A stretch of DNA of 64,000 nucleotides. Source: Curvibacter sp. (GTDB taxonomy: Bacteria; Pseudomonadota; Gammaproteobacteria; Burkholderiales; Burkholderiaceae_C). Numbering within the stretch: the stretch's first letter is position 1; each line of letters opens with the position of its first letter. The notes beneath the pieces are model-generated. The model had not been told where the DNA came from, made no database searches, and saw nothing but the letters and a program-made list of their open reading frames with translations. Position numbers and translations under genes: made by a program. Shown piece after piece: positions 1-14,728 of the stretch. The stretch is from the NCBI GenBank assembly GCA_020621965.1, contig JAHRYV010000013.1, forward strand, positions 41 through 64,040. The letters run 5' to 3'.

Positions 1-495
1 TCCTGGAACGAGCCGGGCGAAGCCGCCGTGCGCAACTACAAGAAGGGCCAGGAAGTCGAAGCACTCGTGCTGGCCGTCGACGTGGACCGCGAGCGCATCT
101 CCCTGGGCATCAAGCAGCTCGACCAGGACCCCTTCACGACCTTCGTGTCGGTGAACGACAAGGGCTCCACCGTGAGCGGCAAGGTCAAGACCGTGGACGC
201 CCGTGGCGCCGAGATCGACCTGGGCCAGGACATCCTGGGCTACCTGCGCGCCAGCGAAATCTCGCGTGACCGCGTGGAAGACGCTCGCAACGTGCTCAAG
301 GAAGGCGACGAAGTCACCGCCGTGGTGGTCAACGTGGATCGCAAGACCCGCAACATCCAGCTGTCGATCAAGGCCAAGGACCTGGCCGACGAGCAGGGTG
401 CCATGGCCAACCTGAACCAGCAGTCGGCCCGCGAAAGCGCCGGTACCACCAGCCTGGGTGCCCTGCTGCGCGCCAAGCTGGACAACAACAACTGA
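1..495 (+). CDS. rpsA: 30S ribosomal protein S1, 3' part (5'-truncated by window edge)
   Basis: S1 repeats ([23 protein letters not shown]); precedes ihfB as in the conserved cmk-rpsA-ihfB operon. Confidence 0.97.
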   Translation, partial: SWNEPGEAAVRNYKKGQEVEALVLAVDVDRERISLGIKQLDQDPFTTFVSVNDKGSTVSGKVKTVDARGAEIDLGQDILGYLRASEISRDRVEDARNVLKEGDEVTAVVVNVDRKTRNIQLSIKAKDLADEQGAMANLNQQSARESAGTTSLGALLRAKLDNNN

Positions 496-517
496 TGTTG
501 TTGATGTAGCTCGCAAG

Positions 518-551
518 AACGACCGGTCGCCCGTGCGCCGGTCGTTTTTTT
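518..551 (+). terminator. Rho-independent terminator after rpsA
   Basis: stem AACGACCGG...CCGGTCGTT followed by a T run. Confidence 0.75.
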
Positions 552-571
552 GTCAGCCAGAATAAAGAGAC

Positions 572-886
572 ATGACCCGCTCCGACCTTGTGGAAGAACT
601 GGCGGCCCGCTTCGGCCAGCTGACCCACCGCGACGCCGAATTCGCGGTCAAGGCCATCCTGGACGCGATGAACGATGCCCTGGTGCGCGGGCACCGCATC
701 GAGATCCGCGGCTTCGGCAGCTTCTCCATCAACCGCCGGCCGCCGCGCATGGGACGCAACCCGCGCAGCGGCGAGAGCGTGGCCATCCCCGAAAAGCGCG
801 TCCCCCACTTCAAGCCGGGCAAGGCCCTGCGTGAGGCGGTGGACCAGCGCACCAGCGAAATGCAGGCGAACGAACCCAAAGTTTGA
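572..886 (+). CDS. ihfB: Integration host factor subunit beta
   Basis: MTRSDL...IEIRGFGSF...GRNPRSGE...PHFKPGK. Confidence 0.97.
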   Translation: MTRSDLVEELAARFGQLTHRDAEFAVKAILDAMNDALVRGHRIEIRGFGSFSINRRPPRMGRNPRSGESVAIPEKRVPHFKPGKALREAVDQRTSEMQANEPKV

Positions 887-926
887 ACGCTCTACTCGTT
901 AGAATTCCCTCACCCGGGGGAAAACG

Positions 927-1226
927 ATGAAACAACTCACATGGCTGCTGAAGTGGATACTGCGGGCAGCCATTTTTTTTACCCTGCTCGCCTTCGCCCT
1001 GAACAACCAGCAGGTCGTGACGGTGAATTTCTTCTTTGGCCGCGACTGGCAGGCTTCGCTGGTGCTGGTGGTGCTGGCCGCCTTCACCCTGGGCCTGGCC
1101 GCCGGTGTGCTGGCCATGCTGCCGCGCTGGCTCAAGCAACGCCGCGCCGCCCGCCAGGCACGGCGCCAGGCCGTCGCCGACAGCGAACTCTCCCTCTCGA
1201 CCCTGCAACCACCCCATGAATCTTGA
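927..1226 (+). CDS. lapA: Lipopolysaccharide assembly protein A
   Basis: two hydrophobic helices, FALNN motif, position between ihfB and lapB. Confidence 0.88.
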   Translation: MKQLTWLLKWILRAAIFFTLLAFALNNQQVVTVNFFFGRDWQASLVLVVLAAFTLGLAAGVLAMLPRWLKQRRAARQARRQAVADSELSLSTLQPPHES

Positions 1227-2370
1227 CCTGAGCTGGATCCTGCTCGGCCTGCCCGCGGCCTTCATCCTGGGCTGGCTGGCCTCGCGCCTGGACCTGCGCC
1301 AGCTGCGCATCGAGAACCGGCGCAACCCCAAGGCCTACTTCCGCGGCCTGAACTTCCTGCTCAACGAGCAGCAGGACCAGGCCATCGACGCCTTCATCGA
1401 GGCCGTGCAGCACGACCCCGACACCTCCGAGCTGCACTTTGCGCTGGGCAATCTGTTCCGCCGCCGCGGCGAGTACGAACGCGCCGTACGTGTGCACGAG
1501 CACCTGCTCTCGCGCGGCGACCTGTCCGAAGCCGACCGCCAGCGCGCCCAGCATGCCCTGGCGCTGGACTTCCTCAAGGCCGGCCTGCTCGACCGTGCCG
1601 AGGACGCCCTGCTCAAGCTCGAAGGCACCCCCTTCCAGGCCCAGGCGCGGCTGGCGCGCCTGGCCAACTACGAACGCTCACGCGACTGGCCGCAGGCCGC
1701 CGCCATCGCCCGCCAGCTCGAAAGCGCCGAGACCGGCAGCTTCAGCAGCCGCCTGGCGCACTACCTGTGCGAACAGGCCGCCGCCGACCTGGCGCGCGGG
1801 GAGATCACCCAGGCCCAGCAGGCGCTGCTGCAGGCACTGGCCACCGCGCCCACCGCCCCGCGCGCGCGCATCGAACTGGCCCGCCTGCAGATGCAACAGG
1901 GCCACGCCGCCCAGGCCTGCGCCACGCTGGAAGATGCGCTGGCCGGCTGTCCGCCGGCCACGCCGCTGATCGCCGCGCCGCTGGCCCAGGCGGCCCTGGC
2001 CTGTGGTCGCGCCGCCCCGGTGCTGAGCCAGCTCAAGGCCTGCTACGAACAGACCCCCCAGCTCGACGTGCTGGAAGCCATCGTCACGCTGGAGGCCGCC
2101 GTCGGCAGCGCCACCAGCACCCGCGACTGGTACGTGCGCCACCTGGAGCGCGAGCCCTCGCTGGTGGCCGCTGCCAAGTGGATCGCCGGTGAAAAGCTGG
2201 AGCACGAGCAGTTCCATCCGCAAGTGCAGCGCGCGCTCGACCAGGCCGTCAAGCCGCTCACGCGCTACCGCTGCGCCGCCTGCGGTTTCGAGGCCAAACA
2301 GCACTTCTGGCAATGCCCGGGCTGCCAGACCTGGGACAGCTACCCCGCACGACGAGTGGAAGAGCTCTGA
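1216..2370 (+). CDS. lapB: Lipopolysaccharide assembly protein B (TPR + rubredoxin-like)
   Basis: N-terminal TM, YFRGLNFLL, TPRs, C-terminal CxxCG...CPxC; start re-placed at ATG 1216. Confidence 0.95.
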   Translation: MNLDLSWILLGLPAAFILGWLASRLDLRQLRIENRRNPKAYFRGLNFLLNEQQDQAIDAFIEAVQHDPDTSELHFALGNLFRRRGEYERAVRVHEHLLSRGDLSEADRQRAQHALALDFLKAGLLDRAEDALLKLEGTPFQAQARLARLANYERSRDWPQAAAIARQLESAETGSFSSRLAHYLCEQAAADLARGEITQAQQALLQALATAPTAPRARIELARLQMQQGHAAQACATLEDALAGCPPATPLIAAPLAQAALACGRAAPVLSQLKACYEQTPQLDVLEAIVTLEAAVGSATSTRDWYVRHLEREPSLVAAAKWIAGEKLEHEQFHPQVQRALDQAVKPLTRYRCAACGFEAKQHFWQCPGCQTWDSYPARRVEEL

Positions 2371-2375
2371 ACACC

Positions 2376-3308
2376 ATGAAGATCACCAAACAACAACTCA
2401 GCAAATCCCGCGTGCTCGTGGTGGGCGACGCCATGATCGACCGCTACTGGTACGGCGCCGTCGACCGCATCAGCCCCGAAGCCCCGGTGCCCGTGGTGCG
2501 TGTCACACGCGAGGAGCTGCGCATCGGCGGCGCGGCCAACGTGGCCAGCAACGTCGTGTCGCTGGGCGCCAAGGCGACGCTGCTCACCGTCGTCGGCGAC
2601 GACGACGCCAGCCACACGCTGGAAAAGCTCGTGGCCCAGACCGGCATCACCCCGCATTTCGGCCGCGACGCGGCCCTGCAGACCACGGTGAAACTGCGTG
2701 TCATCGGCCGCCAGCAGCAGCTCATCCGCCTCGATTTCGAAAACACACCCAAGAGCGAGGTGCTGGCCTCGCAGACGGCCGACTTCCTCAAGCTGCTGCC
2801 CGCCCACGACGCCGTGCTGTTCTCCGACTACGGCAAGGGCGGCCTGGACCACGTGCACCACATGATCGACCACGCGCGCGCGGCCGGCAAGCCGGTGCTG
2901 ATCGACCCCAAGGGTTCGGACTACTCGCGCTACAGCGGCGCCACCGTCATCACCCCGAACCGCGCCGAACTGCAGCAGGTGGTGGGCTCCTGGAGCAGCG
3001 AGGACGAGCTGCGCGCCAAGTCGCGCGCCCTGCGTGAAAAACTCGGTCTGCAGGCCCTGCTGGTCACGCGCAGCGAAGAAGGCATGACGCTGTACGACGA
3101 AGCCGGCGAAGTCAGCGTGGCCGCGCAGGCGCGCGAGGTGTTCGACGTCACCGGCGCCGGCGACACCGTGATCGCCACCCTGGCCGCCCTGGTGGGTGCC
3201 GGCCTGCCGCTGCGCGAGGCCATGCCCCTGGCCAACCGCGCCGGCGGCATCGTCGTCGGCAAGTTCGGCACGGCCACCGTCAGCTACGCCGAGTTGTTCG
3301 GCGCCTAA
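2376..3308 (+). CDS. hldA: D-glycero-beta-D-manno-heptose-7-phosphate kinase (RfaE1)
   Basis: PfkB motifs [31 protein letters not shown]. Confidence 0.93.
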   Translation: MKITKQQLSKSRVLVVGDAMIDRYWYGAVDRISPEAPVPVVRVTREELRIGGAANVASNVVSLGAKATLLTVVGDDDASHTLEKLVAQTGITPHFGRDAALQTTVKLRVIGRQQQLIRLDFENTPKSEVLASQTADFLKLLPAHDAVLFSDYGKGGLDHVHHMIDHARAAGKPVLIDPKGSDYSRYSGATVITPNRAELQQVVGSWSSEDELRAKSRALREKLGLQALLVTRSEEGMTLYDEAGEVSVAAQAREVFDVTGAGDTVIATLAALVGAGLPLREAMPLANRAGGIVVGKFGTATVSYAELFGA

Positions 3309-3328
3309 TCCATTTCAGAGGACAGAAC

Positions 3329-4336
3329 ATGACACGAGTCGTAGTCACCGGAGCCGCCGGGTTTATCGGCGCCAACATCGTCAAGGGCCTGAATGCGCGC
3401 GGCATCGACGACATCATCGTCGTCGACGACCTGAGCCAGGGCGACAAGTTCCGCAACTTCGCCGACCTCAAGATCGCCGACTACGTGGACCTGGACGACT
3501 TCTATCCCAACTTCGAGGAAGGCCATTACGGCAAGGTCGAGGCCGTGTTCCACGAAGGCGCCTGCAGCGACACCATGGAGCAGGACGGCAAGTACATGAT
3601 GGACAACAACTACACGCTCTCGTGTGAGTTGTTCCAGGCCTGCCAGCGCTACGGCACGCGCCTGCTGTACGCTTCCTCCGCCGCCACCTATGGCGGCTCG
3701 GACACCTTCCGCGAAGAGCCCGCTTTCGAAGGCCCGCTCAATGTCTACGGCTACTCCAAGCTGTTGTTCGACCAGCGCATGCGCCGCGAGCTGGGCAACA
3801 ACTTCGAGAAAGCCAAGATCCAGGTGGCGGGTTTCCGCTACTTCAACGTCTACGGCCCGCGCGAGCAGCACAAGGGCCGCATGGCCAGCGTGGCCTTCCA
3901 CCAGTTCAACCAGTTCCGTGCCGAAGGCAAGGTCAAGCTGTTCGGTGAATACGGCGGCTACGCCCAGGGTGAGCAGAAACGCGACTTCGTTTTCATCGAT
4001 GACGTGGTGGCCGTCAACCTCTGGTTCTTCGACCACCCGGGCAAGAGCGGCGTCTTCAACCTGGGCTCCGGCCGGGCCCAGCCCTTCAACGACGTGGCCG
4101 TGGGCGTGGTCAACACCCTGCGCGGCCTCAACGGCGAGGCCGCCCTGTCGCTGGCCGAGATCGCCGCCAAGGGCCTGATCGAGTACATCCCCTTCCCCGA
4201 CGCCCTGCGCGGCAAGTACCAGTGCTACACCCAGGCCGATCTGACCCGGCTGCGCGCGGCCGGTTGCGACCACCAGTTTGCCGATGTGCAGACCGGCGTG
4301 GCCCAATATGTGAAGTGGCTGGCCAGCCAGGCCTGA
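3329..4336 (+). CDS. hldD: ADP-L-glycero-D-manno-heptose-6-epimerase (RfaD)
   Basis: [38 protein letters not shown]. Confidence 0.96.
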   Translation: MTRVVVTGAAGFIGANIVKGLNARGIDDIIVVDDLSQGDKFRNFADLKIADYVDLDDFYPNFEEGHYGKVEAVFHEGACSDTMEQDGKYMMDNNYTLSCELFQACQRYGTRLLYASSAATYGGSDTFREEPAFEGPLNVYGYSKLLFDQRMRRELGNNFEKAKIQVAGFRYFNVYGPREQHKGRMASVAFHQFNQFRAEGKVKLFGEYGGYAQGEQKRDFVFIDDVVAVNLWFFDHPGKSGVFNLGSGRAQPFNDVAVGVVNTLRGLNGEAALSLAEIAAKGLIEYIPFPDALRGKYQCYTQADLTRLRAAGCDHQFADVQTGVAQYVKWLASQA

Positions 4337-4355
4337 GCGGGCACTGCGTCCCATG

Positions 4356-4393
4356 AAAAAAGCCGGCCGGGGTTGCACCCCGCCGGCTTTTTT
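4356..4393. terminator. Bidirectional intrinsic terminator
   Basis: A6-GCCGGC...GCCGGC-T6 between convergent genes. Confidence 0.85.
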
Positions 4394-4410
4394 CCTGCGC
4401 GCTCAGGGTC

Positions 4411-4749
4411 TCAGTTCTTGCACTTGAAGAACTCGAAGCTGCGCTTGCCGTACTCCATGGAGTTGCCCTTGACCACGCTGTCGGCGCCCTTGTCGACGGC
4501 CTCGTTGCGCGCCATCTGCAGCAGGTTGTCCTCCACCGACTCGGCGCTGCGGGTGATGGGGCCCAGGGCCGACAGCACGCTGACGGTGGAGCGCCCCAGC
4601 GACTTGCACGTGGTGACCTGGCTGGCCTGCGCCACTGCGATCTGATCGGCGCCGATGCGCTCACCGATCAGCTTGTTGGCACAGCCACCCAGGCCCAGCG
4701 TCAGCGTCACCACGGCGGCGATGACAGATGTCTTTTTCGAAAACTGCAT
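4411..4749 (-). CDS. Small lipoprotein (DUF4156-like)
   Basis: signal peptide with LGGC lipobox, internal Cys and C-terminal FKC. Confidence 0.7.
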   Translation of the reverse strand: MQFSKKTSVIAAVVTLTLGLGGCANKLIGERIGADQIAVAQASQVTTCKSLGRSTVSVLSALGPITRSAESVEDNLLQMARNEAVDKGADSVVKGNSMEYGKRSFEFFKCKN

Positions 4750-4866
4750 AGTCTCTCCAATCAGTAGCAAGGAAGCAGAACCGGCAAGTCTAGCGGGTGT
4801 TCGCGTTTCAAAATGAAACCGGAGGCAACGGTTGGCGCCGGGCCGATACGGATGCCGGCCCCAGGC

Positions 4867-5472
4867 TCAGCACCCGGTCAGCTTGCAGTAGGCCTCGCGC
4901 GTCTGTGGCGAGACCGCCGCGATCAGCTGCGCGTGGCGGGTCTGGTGCCGCGCCTGTACCCGCGCCGAGGCCACGGCCTTGGAGCGACAGAACCAGTGGC
5001 AGCTGTGCTGCATCAGCAGCAGCTCCGCCGTCATGGTGTAGGCCTTGTCGCGCTGCGAGAGCTGGCGCAGGTTCTGCGCCGTCGCGGCGATGCCTTCGGC
5101 ATGGATGGCCAGCAGCTGGCGCATGTCGAAGGTGTGGCGCGGGAACAGCCGGTCGGCATAGGGAAAGGCAAAACCCAGGGTGCTGACCTGGGTCTGGCCG
5201 TTCCAGACCTTGGCGAAATCGGCGGCAAAGCGCTGGAACTGCTGGCTCAGCTCCAGCTCGGCCGTACCCAGCATGCTCCAAATCTGCGCCCGGCGCTCGG
5301 GCTCATCCTCACCCAACGCGCGCAGATAACCTTCGGTGACGTTCTCCATCAGCTTCTCGATCTGGTATTGGCTCAGATAGCCGCCCAGCAGATAGATACG
5401 ACGCCGCTGCTCGCGCGCCTTGAGGAACTGGAAACCCGCTATGGGCGCCAGCAGCAAAAACAGAAACTCCAT
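4867..5472 (-). CDS. Conserved hypothetical protein, N-terminal membrane anchor
   Basis: 201-aa ORF with normal codon pattern; QHSCHWFC motif. Confidence 0.7.
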   Translation of the reverse strand: MEFLFLLLAPIAGFQFLKAREQRRRIYLLGGYLSQYQIEKLMENVTEGYLRALGEDEPERRAQIWSMLGTAELELSQQFQRFAADFAKVWNGQTQVSTLGFAFPYADRLFPRHTFDMRQLLAIHAEGIAATAQNLRQLSQRDKAYTMTAELLLMQHSCHWFCRSKAVASARVQARHQTRHAQLIAAVSPQTREAYCKLTGC

Positions 5473-5526
5473 GAATGACCCGAACGGCTGAAAGGAACAA
5501 GTGTAGTGGCAGGACCCAGGGCTTGT

Positions 5527-7248
5527 TCAGCGCGCCAGTGCCACCACCCGCTTGTACAGCAGACCGCCCGCATACAGCGACAGGCCCACCACCACCAGGC
5601 TGCCGATGCGCAGCAGCGGCGCGGCGCCGGCCAGGTCGTGGAGGATGACCTTGACCAGCGAGGCGGCGAAGATGAACAGCGAAGACTTGCCCAGGTCCTG
5701 ATCGCGCAGACGGAAGGCCAGCAGCAGCGTGACCAGGGCCAGTGCGCCCCAGGCCAGCGAGACCAGCAGCGCGTTGTCGACGCTGCGCAGCACCACCCCC
5801 ATGAAACCGATGTGCGCGGCATACAGGGCGAACGTGATCCAGGACCGCAGGGCCGGCAGACTGCGCCCGACGAACCAGGCCGCATAAAGCTCGGCCGTGT
5901 ACAGCAGGGCCAGCAGCACGCCGTTCCCCACGCTGCCCGTTTCAGCCAGCAGCACCACACGCACGTAGTTCAGGGCCAGCAGCGCGCCCAGCAGCAGCTT
6001 GAAAGGCAGCATGAGCTGCGCGTCCGCCGCCGGCCGTGTGACGAACAGGGCCGCCGGCGGCAGCACCAGCAACACGACCCAGGGCGCCCAGCGGTCGGGC
6101 AGCAGCTCCAGGTAGACCGCGTGGAACAGCACCAGCGCGCAGTAGGCCCCGACGATGAAACCGCCGGCCTGCAACGAGACCCCCAGCGCACGCCGCGCCA
6201 CGCCGTAGGCCAGCAGCAGCGCGGCCGCGCTGCCCAGCGCCACCCAGGGCGCCACCGCCGGCATATGCCGGCTCAGGATGGCGTATTGCAGCGCGTAGAA
6301 CAGCAGCAACAGCGGCAGGTGCACCACCCCTTCGGCCTGCGTCATGGGCCGGTCGTGGCGCACGGAAAAAGCGATGGCCGCACTCAGGAAGACCGCGAAC
6401 TGCAGGGTCTGGAACACCAGGGCCACCCCCCACTGGCTGCGCGCCAGCTGCTCCCAGAGCACCTGGAAGGTGATCAGGGCCATGTAGCCAGCCAGCAGAT
6501 AGGGCCGGCGGTTGCCGATGGCCAGCGCATAGAGGCAGAACACCACGCTCCAGGCCGTGAAGTAGATGACCAGGTCCACCACCGAGCCGGTCATGGCGCG
6601 CAGCAGCAGCGGCGCGGAGTAGGAGCCCACCACCGCGAACAGGCCGTAGATCTCGCTGCCGAAGATGCGCCCCAGCCACAGCGCCAGCAGGCAGTTGCAG
6701 ATCACGGCCGTGGTCGCAACGCCGGCGCCGATCAGGTGGTAATAAAGATGGGCGCCGTAGATGGCCAGGAAAAACACCACCAGGCCGCCGGCCGGCAGCA
6801 GGCTGGCGTAGTTGCTGTCCAGGCGGCGCAGCCTGAGACCGGCCGCGACGAGGGTGATGCCGCCCAACATGGCCAGGCCGAGCTGGCGCGGCGGCGTCAG
6901 CCAGCCCGCGTCGTAGACCAGGCGGATCAGGTAGGCCGCGGCCAGCACCAGCAGCGTGGCACCGGTCCAGCCCATGATCTGCGTGACCGAGAGCTCGCCC
7001 GGGTCGACCGACTTCTCGAAAAAAGGCGAGACCGGCGCCGGCCTGGCGCGCGGGCTGGCGGCCGGACCGGCGTAGGCCTGCGGTTCGGTGTCGCGGAAAT
7101 GCGGGTCTTCCTCGTCCCGCGCCGCAGCGGCGGGCACGACGGGCCGTGGGGGAACAGCCGCCGCACGCGGCGAGAGGCTGAGCACGGCCTCCTCCAGCCG
7201 GGCCAGGCGCAGGTTCAGCGCACGCAACTGTTCTTCGACATCGGCCAT
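5527..7248 (-). CDS. DUF2339-like polytopic membrane protein
   Basis: N-terminal coiled coil, Pro-rich linker, many TM helices, C-terminal LRIGSL motif. Confidence 0.8.
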   Translation of the reverse strand: MADVEEQLRALNLRLARLEEAVLSLSPRAAAVPPRPVVPAAAARDEEDPHFRDTEPQAYAGPAASPRARPAPVSPFFEKSVDPGELSVTQIMGWTGATLLVLAAAYLIRLVYDAGWLTPPRQLGLAMLGGITLVAAGLRLRRLDSNYASLLPAGGLVVFFLAIYGAHLYYHLIGAGVATTAVICNCLLALWLGRIFGSEIYGLFAVVGSYSAPLLLRAMTGSVVDLVIYFTAWSVVFCLYALAIGNRRPYLLAGYMALITFQVLWEQLARSQWGVALVFQTLQFAVFLSAAIAFSVRHDRPMTQAEGVVHLPLLLLFYALQYAILSRHMPAVAPWVALGSAAALLLAYGVARRALGVSLQAGGFIVGAYCALVLFHAVYLELLPDRWAPWVVLLVLPPAALFVTRPAADAQLMLPFKLLLGALLALNYVRVVLLAETGSVGNGVLLALLYTAELYAAWFVGRSLPALRSWITFALYAAHIGFMGVVLRSVDNALLVSLAWGALALVTLLLAFRLRDQDLGKSSLFIFAASLVKVILHDLAGAAPLLRIGSLVVVGLSLYAGGLLYKRVVALAR

Positions 7249-7301
7249 GGTCCACCTAAACTCTTTGATGACAGCCGCATGCTAACCGCAGCTCGTTCCG
7301 C

Positions 7302-10946
<3,645 letters not shown>

Positions 10947-11005
10947 ATCCTAAGCCCTGTGCCCGCCATCGCGGCAATGCAAGGCGCGCGGCCGGCAGGC
11001 CCTAT

Positions 11006-12190
11006 TCAGCGCGGGGCGACCGATCGAAACACATAGTGGATCATCTTCTCGTCGGCAAACTTGTGGCCGACCACCCGCTCCTCGCTCAGCCGCCACTTGC
11101 CGGCGTCGACAAAGGCCGGGACGCCGCCGCGCAGTTCGCGGATCTGCCGCTCGCATTCCGTGTCCCGGGTCTCGGTCTGCTGGCAGAAGATGGCCCCCTC
11201 GAAATCGGCGTCGATCACCTCGGGCTCGAACTTCGCCTGCAACAACAGGCTGTTGGAGAAATCCGCCTTGGTCAGCGAGGCCCCAAGAAAGTTGGCCCGG
11301 TTGAGCCGGGCGCCCCGAAACGAGGCCTGGTCCAGCCGGGTCGTCCCGCCGGCCACCGCGCCGAAGTTCACCCCGATCAGCGAGGCGCCGTCGAATCGCG
11401 CCGACGTCAGGTCCGAGCTGGAGAACTGCGTCGCGTAGAAATTCGCGCCCCGGAAGTCCGAGTACTGCAGCTCCGCGTTGATCAGCTTCACGGCCCTCAG
11501 CGTCACCCCACGCAGATCGGCGTAACGGAAATCGATGCCTTCGGTGATGAGGTCGCCGAAGTTCCTGATGTTCGCACTCGCCAGCGTCAGCAGCAGCTGC
11601 CCGCGCTCGGGGCTCAAGGCGCGCTCCACCAGCTGCACCTGGCCGGCCTCCGCCGCCCGGGGCGAGCCCGCGAACGGCGAGCCGAAACCCGACAGATCGT
11701 CCGACTGATAAGAGATGTACTGGTAGGGCCGCAGCGACTTGCTCAGCGCCACGATCCGGCCGACCAGGGACTTGGGCAGGGTGACCTCGTCGGCCGCCTT
11801 GGCGCGGTAGGCATCGATGCGCTCGTTGATGCTGGTCAGCTCGACGATCAGCGCGGACCGGCGGGCCGCTTCGGCCAGCTGGTTCTGCACATCGATCTTG
11901 GCATTCTGCTGCGACAGCAGGCTGTTGGCCTGATAGGCCAGCATCAGGCCCAGCACCGACGCCAGACCGATCCCCACCGTGGCCGCCGTCTGCGGCGACA
12001 GGATGCGCCAGAGCAGCGCCCGCAGCGACGCGTCCCGCCGTGGGTCGTCCCTGGGCAGCGTCCGACGCCGGGTGAAAAAATAGTGCAGCACGGGAATCAG
12101 GCGGTGGTCCTGCTCGACGAGCTTGGCCTCCAGTTCCAGCATGCGCCGCTCGGTGTGCGGCGGCATCGACGAATTCTGCTCTCGCGCCAT
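11006..12190 (-). CDS. Membrane-anchored pentapeptide-repeat protein
   Basis: single TM followed by A(D/N)(L/F)xx repeats. Confidence 0.8.
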   Translation of the reverse strand: MAREQNSSMPPHTERRMLELEAKLVEQDHRLIPVLHYFFTRRRTLPRDDPRRDASLRALLWRILSPQTAATVGIGLASVLGLMLAYQANSLLSQQNAKIDVQNQLAEAARRSALIVELTSINERIDAYRAKAADEVTLPKSLVGRIVALSKSLRPYQYISYQSDDLSGFGSPFAGSPRAAEAGQVQLVERALSPERGQLLLTLASANIRNFGDLITEGIDFRYADLRGVTLRAVKLINAELQYSDFRGANFYATQFSSSDLTSARFDGASLIGVNFGAVAGGTTRLDQASFRGARLNRANFLGASLTKADFSNSLLLQAKFEPEVIDADFEGAIFCQQTETRDTECERQIRELRGGVPAFVDAGKWRLSEERVVGHKFADEKMIHYVFRSVAPR

Positions 12191-12235
12191 CGTAGGCTTC
12201 CCCCTTGCTTCTCTGCCCGGCAGTTGTGACAACCT

Positions 12236-12853
12236 TCAGCCCTTGCTGCCGGCCGGCTCCAGTTCGATCTCGCCCTCGAACAACGCCATGGCCGTAGCGG
12301 CCACATGGGTGGTGTCGAAGTACACATAGGCGCCAACCCCCATGGCGCCGACCACCGGCAGCCAGCGCGCCAGGCCCTTGCCCAGCAGGCGTTGGCTCAG
12401 CTTGACCCCGATGCGCCGGGTGATGGGTCCCAGCGTGCGCCAGGGCGCGCGCCGCACCAGGGCGCGCTGGCCCACACGCACCACCAGGTCACGCACGCCC
12501 TGCGCTGCCGTGTGCTGGAACAGGCAGTAGACCATGAGCTCCGGCGTCAGCGCGGCCTTCTTGCCGTACAGCGCCGCGATGTCCGCCACCAGCTGGCGCT
12601 GGATCTTCCACACCCCGATCATCTCCGGCAGCAGCGTCAGCCAGCCCAGCACACCCGGGGGCAACGCCAGCGCGCCGGCCGCCAGCGCCGCCTTGGCGGC
12701 CGCGGCATTGGCCTTGCTGCGCGCGGCCTCGGCCGGCGCCCGGCTCTTGCGCTCGGCAGAGGCCGGTATGTGACCGACAAAATCGAGGATCGCCTGGCCG
12801 ATGGCCGACGCCACCGTCGCCGTCGGCGCTGCTGCTGAAGATGCTGCTTTCAT
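12236..12853 (-). CDS. EcsC/DUF697-like membrane-associated protein
   Basis: ALPPG...Q..LVADIAALYG and KGLARWLPVVGA pattern. Confidence 0.65.
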   Translation of the reverse strand: MKAASSAAAPTATVASAIGQAILDFVGHIPASAERKSRAPAEAARSKANAAAAKAALAAGALALPPGVLGWLTLLPEMIGVWKIQRQLVADIAALYGKKAALTPELMVYCLFQHTAAQGVRDLVVRVGQRALVRRAPWRTLGPITRRIGVKLSQRLLGKGLARWLPVVGAMGVGAYVYFDTTHVAATAMALFEGEIELEPAGSKG

Positions 12854-13734
12854 CGGCTGGCCCTATAGATGACGTACCTGGCGCCGTCCTTGCGGTGGAA
12901 ATAGATCGCGCGTTCGTCCGGCGTGAAGGTCGGCGCCTCCACCAGGCCGTCCAGCGCCGCCAGCCGCGCCGGCGGGCCGAAGGGCTCCGTGCTGCGCGCG
13001 CGCTGCGCCACGTAGATCGCCACACTGCCGCCCACCAGGCTCAGCCGTGCGCGGGTGAACAGCAGCGTCAGGCCGTCGGCCGAAATGCAGGGCGCGTACT
13101 CCAGTGCGTCGGTGTTCACGTGCTGCAGCAGGACCGCGCTGTCGCTGCGACGCACGAAGCCCTCGCCCTGCCGCTGCGCCACCACCAGATCCGCCGTCTC
13201 GGGGCCGCTGCGGCCGAAGCGGGCGTCGACGAAGTACAGGGTGTTGCCGTCCGGGCTGACGTCGACGTCGAAATTGACGTGGCGCGCCTCCTTGCGCGAC
13301 AGGCCCGGCACCAGCGCCACGCCCGCCACCCGGCCGTGCGAGAACACACCGCGATGGATGGTGGACAGGCTGCTCTCGTAGCTGCGCAGCGAGACAAAGT
13401 ACAGGTTGTTGCGCCGGTCCAGGGTCGGCACCCCTTCGAGCGCCGGCGTGTTGACGCCCGCGATTTCGCCTCGGTAGCGGAAGGTCAGGTCGTCCACCCG
13501 CTCGGCGTAGTGCAGATTGGTGTTGACCGCCGGGTCGTTGAGGTTGTTGAACAGCAGGTAGCGCCCATCGCGCGAGAGGAAAGGCTCCATGGCGTGGCCC
13601 TCATAACCGAGGATGGCCACGCGCTGCGGGTGGGCGTAGAGGCGCGACTCGGGCGCGCTGCGGTCCGGGCTGCTGGCGCAGGAGGTCAGGAACGCGAGCG
13701 CGACGAGGGCCAGGGCGTGGGAGATCTTGAACAT
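12850..13734 (-). CDS. TolB/PD40-like beta-propeller lipoprotein
   Basis: LTSC lipobox; repeated SxDGxxLxF blades. Confidence 0.75.
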   Translation of the reverse strand: MFKISHALALVALAFLTSCASSPDRSAPESRLYAHPQRVAILGYEGHAMEPFLSRDGRYLLFNNLNDPAVNTNLHYAERVDDLTFRYRGEIAGVNTPALEGVPTLDRRNNLYFVSLRSYESSLSTIHRGVFSHGRVAGVALVPGLSRKEARHVNFDVDVSPDGNTLYFVDARFGRSGPETADLVVAQRQGEGFVRRSDSAVLLQHVNTDALEYAPCISADGLTLLFTRARLSLVGGSVAIYVAQRARSTEPFGPPARLAALDGLVEAPTFTPDERAIYFHRKDGARYVIYRASR

Positions 13735-13751
13735 GGCTGGCACGGAGTGGG

Positions 13752-14231
<480 letters not shown>

Positions 14232-14291
14232 GGGGCCTCGCGGATGAGAACCAGCGCCGCCACTCAGGGCCGCCGCGCCGGCGGAAAATTG

Positions 14292-14600
14292 TCAGGCACA
14301 TTCTGCTCCCGCAAGCGCCTTGGCCACGACGGCAGGCAATCTGCCGGGCGCCCTGATGCGCAACTGCTTGTTCACGTTGAAGCGACCGAACACCACCGTG
14401 ATGTCGGCCACCGAGACGTCAAACTCCTTGGCCAGGAACCCGACCATGTGGTCCGTCGCCCTGCCCGCCACGGGCGCCTCGGTGACGCTGATCCTGAGTT
14501 GCTTGCCTTGCGGTTTGCCGATGGCATCCCTGTTGGCGCCGGGTGTGCCAAGGACGTTCAGCACCAGCGTCTCTCCGTCCCAGGCGCAAAACGAGGACAT
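14292..14600 (-). CDS. DUF167 (YggU-like) protein
   Basis: PGA..DAI, LRISVTEAPVAGRAT, G...NK motifs. Confidence 0.8.
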   Translation of the reverse strand: MSSFCAWDGETLVLNVLGTPGANRDAIGKPQGKQLRISVTEAPVAGRATDHMVGFLAKEFDVSVADITVVFGRFNVNKQLRIRAPGRLPAVVAKALAGAECA

Positions 14601-14728
14601 TTCAAGGCCACGGCCGGAGGGTCTCCTGGTGGTTGTTCGTGTTTTTTTCACATCGCTCCGGCGGGGGCTGCATACAGAATGTCCAACGCCCGCTCGATTG
14701 CACTTGAGGGGGAGTCCATATACGACCA